Shown piece by piece: positions 62,695 to 64,000 of a stretch of DNA of 64,000 bases. Source of the DNA: Adineta vaga. Taxonomy: Eukaryota; Animalia; Rotifera. The first letter of the stretch is position 1; every line of letters starts with the position of its first letter. The notes under the pieces are model-generated. The model was not told the origin of the DNA. It did no database searches and saw only the letters and a program-made list of their open reading frames with translations. A program made the position numbers and the translations under genes. The stretch is taken from the NCBI GenBank assembly GCA_021613535.1, contig CP075496.1:372001-436000 (forward strand), in the 5' to 3' direction.

Positions 62695-63687
62695 TTAATC
62701 TTGTGTTCGAGTACGCCGTTGTTGAATGTTTTTTCTGAATAGTTTGATAAGTTCTTGACGAAAATACTTACTAGACATTGTGTAAATGTAAAATGAAAAG
62801 ATCTTGTCTACTAAACTGAACCAGACAGCGACATTTAGTAGAAGCGCTTCGACCGATATGCGAACATCATTCTTTACTATTGATAGAGGAATGAGCGCAT
62901 ACAATTTCATGACAAAAAGTGGTATCGAACAAACAAGATATACAATAACTTGCGTAAAGAGCAATCGAATATTAGCTTGATTATTTTTTCGATTTTTCAT
63001 TGAGTTGTTAGCCATCGTCACTGATGTTTTCACGACTGCTGAAGCCAGTACTTTTGGTTCAAGACTTCGAACTTGGCGAATGTGTATCAGCGTACCAATA
63101 CCAAATATGAGCATAAACATAGGTGGGCCAACAGATTGAAAAACAAAGTAATTAGCTATATCTGCCGAACCACATTCACTGTTTTGTTGATAGCATGGTA
63201 CAGGTTTAGTAAACTGGTTGATCTCATAGCAATAAAGTGTTGGCACATAGACACAGGGTACAATGGTAATTACGATGATCATGATACGACGAGTCATTTT
63301 CATATTGCTGTACGAGCGCAGTCTGACATCGCGAGACGACGAAAAGAATCGATCAACACAACAACCTACCATTAACCAACTTGAGATAACAATGGATATA
63401 TAGTAGAGATAAACGTGCATTTTGCATAAGATTGATGAAGTATACACTAACATAAGATTAAAACCCAGAAATGTACGCAATACAAGATAAGGATAAATGG
63501 TCACCAGATTGGAAATAGAAGCAACTAGCAGCAAAGGAATACTCGGTGAAAGTGTCCACATGGCACGTCGTCTGAACAAGATGATGTTCAATACGTTACC
63601 TATAGTGCCAAGAATGATAAAGATGACACCTACGGAAATTAGGAGCTTGTTTCTAATATCATTGATTAACAACGATGTGGCAGACAT
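62695..63687 (-). CDS. Rhodopsin-like 7TM GPCR, intronless; same family as 24520-25578
   Basis: GTIGNVLN, CCVDRF, FYIYTMSSKYFR; first ATG at 63687. Confidence 0.9.
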   Translation of the reverse strand: MSATSLLINDIRNKLLISVGVIFIILGTIGNVLNIILFRRRAMWTLSPSIPLLLVASISNLVTIYPYLVLRTFLGFNLMLVYTSSILCKMHVYLYYISIVISSWLMVGCCVDRFFSSSRDVRLRSYSNMKMTRRIMIIVITIVPCVYVPTLYCYEINQFTKPVPCYQQNSECGSADIANYFVFQSVGPPMFMLIFGIGTLIHIRQVRSLEPKVLASAVVKTSVTMANNSMKNRKNNQANIRLLFTQVIVYLVCSIPLFVMKLYALIPLSIVKNDVRISVEALLLNVAVWFSLVDKIFSFYIYTMSSKYFRQELIKLFRKNIQQRRTRTQD

Positions 63688-64000
63688 TCTTAATATAGCG
63701 ATGTCTTTGTAAAAATCAACAAGTATATAATGAAGTTTAGAGAAAAACAAGTGAGAATAATTGTAATTGTATGCGTGCTTAATTGTTTCTGCTTTTTGTT
63801 GTAAAGATTAAGTAGCTCTCTTTTTTTATCTCAAGCTATGTTTCTCACAAACAGAAAAAGAAGAGTAGCGACGAATGTAAATTTATTCCAAGAGAGGTAA
63901 TGAGAAAAATGGTAAAAGTGACTACTGTAGATAAATAATGGTTTTGTGTTGGTTAGTAATCATCTCGTGAGTGTTCTCTCTTTGTCTTTTCTCTATTTTC

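Overview
AT-rich eukaryotic DNA with short GT-AG introns. Gene content fits a bdelloid rotifer: intronless GPCRs, an LDLa/EGF-GPCR, NHL, Kelch, BTB-TLDc, ART-family remnants, an Athena/Penelope-like RT remnant and several foreign-type genes (taxon is inferred). The largest gene is a 3-exon, ~4463-aa hybrid NRPS-PKS (A-A-T-C-A-T-KS-AT-ACP-TE). It looks chimeric and carries nine PKA-type motifs in a loop of its C domain. The window also has a broken hAT transposase, a CACTA-like MITE and a 92/93-bp minisatellite. The most striking unexplained structure is a family of about 15 short (45-100 bp) imperfect palindromes built from inverted telomere-like repeats, consensus CATCTTGAGGGTGTGGGTG-(variable loop)-CACCCACACCCTCAAGATG. 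They fall roughly one per gene interval, usually 35-130 bp 3' of a stop codon, and never inside an intact exon. They show stem co-variation, and five reading frames break exactly at them without resuming on the other side. This suggests gene-cassette boundaries or recombination sites (attC-like or telomere-fusion-like) rather than ordinary MITE insertions. No recombinase was found in the window.
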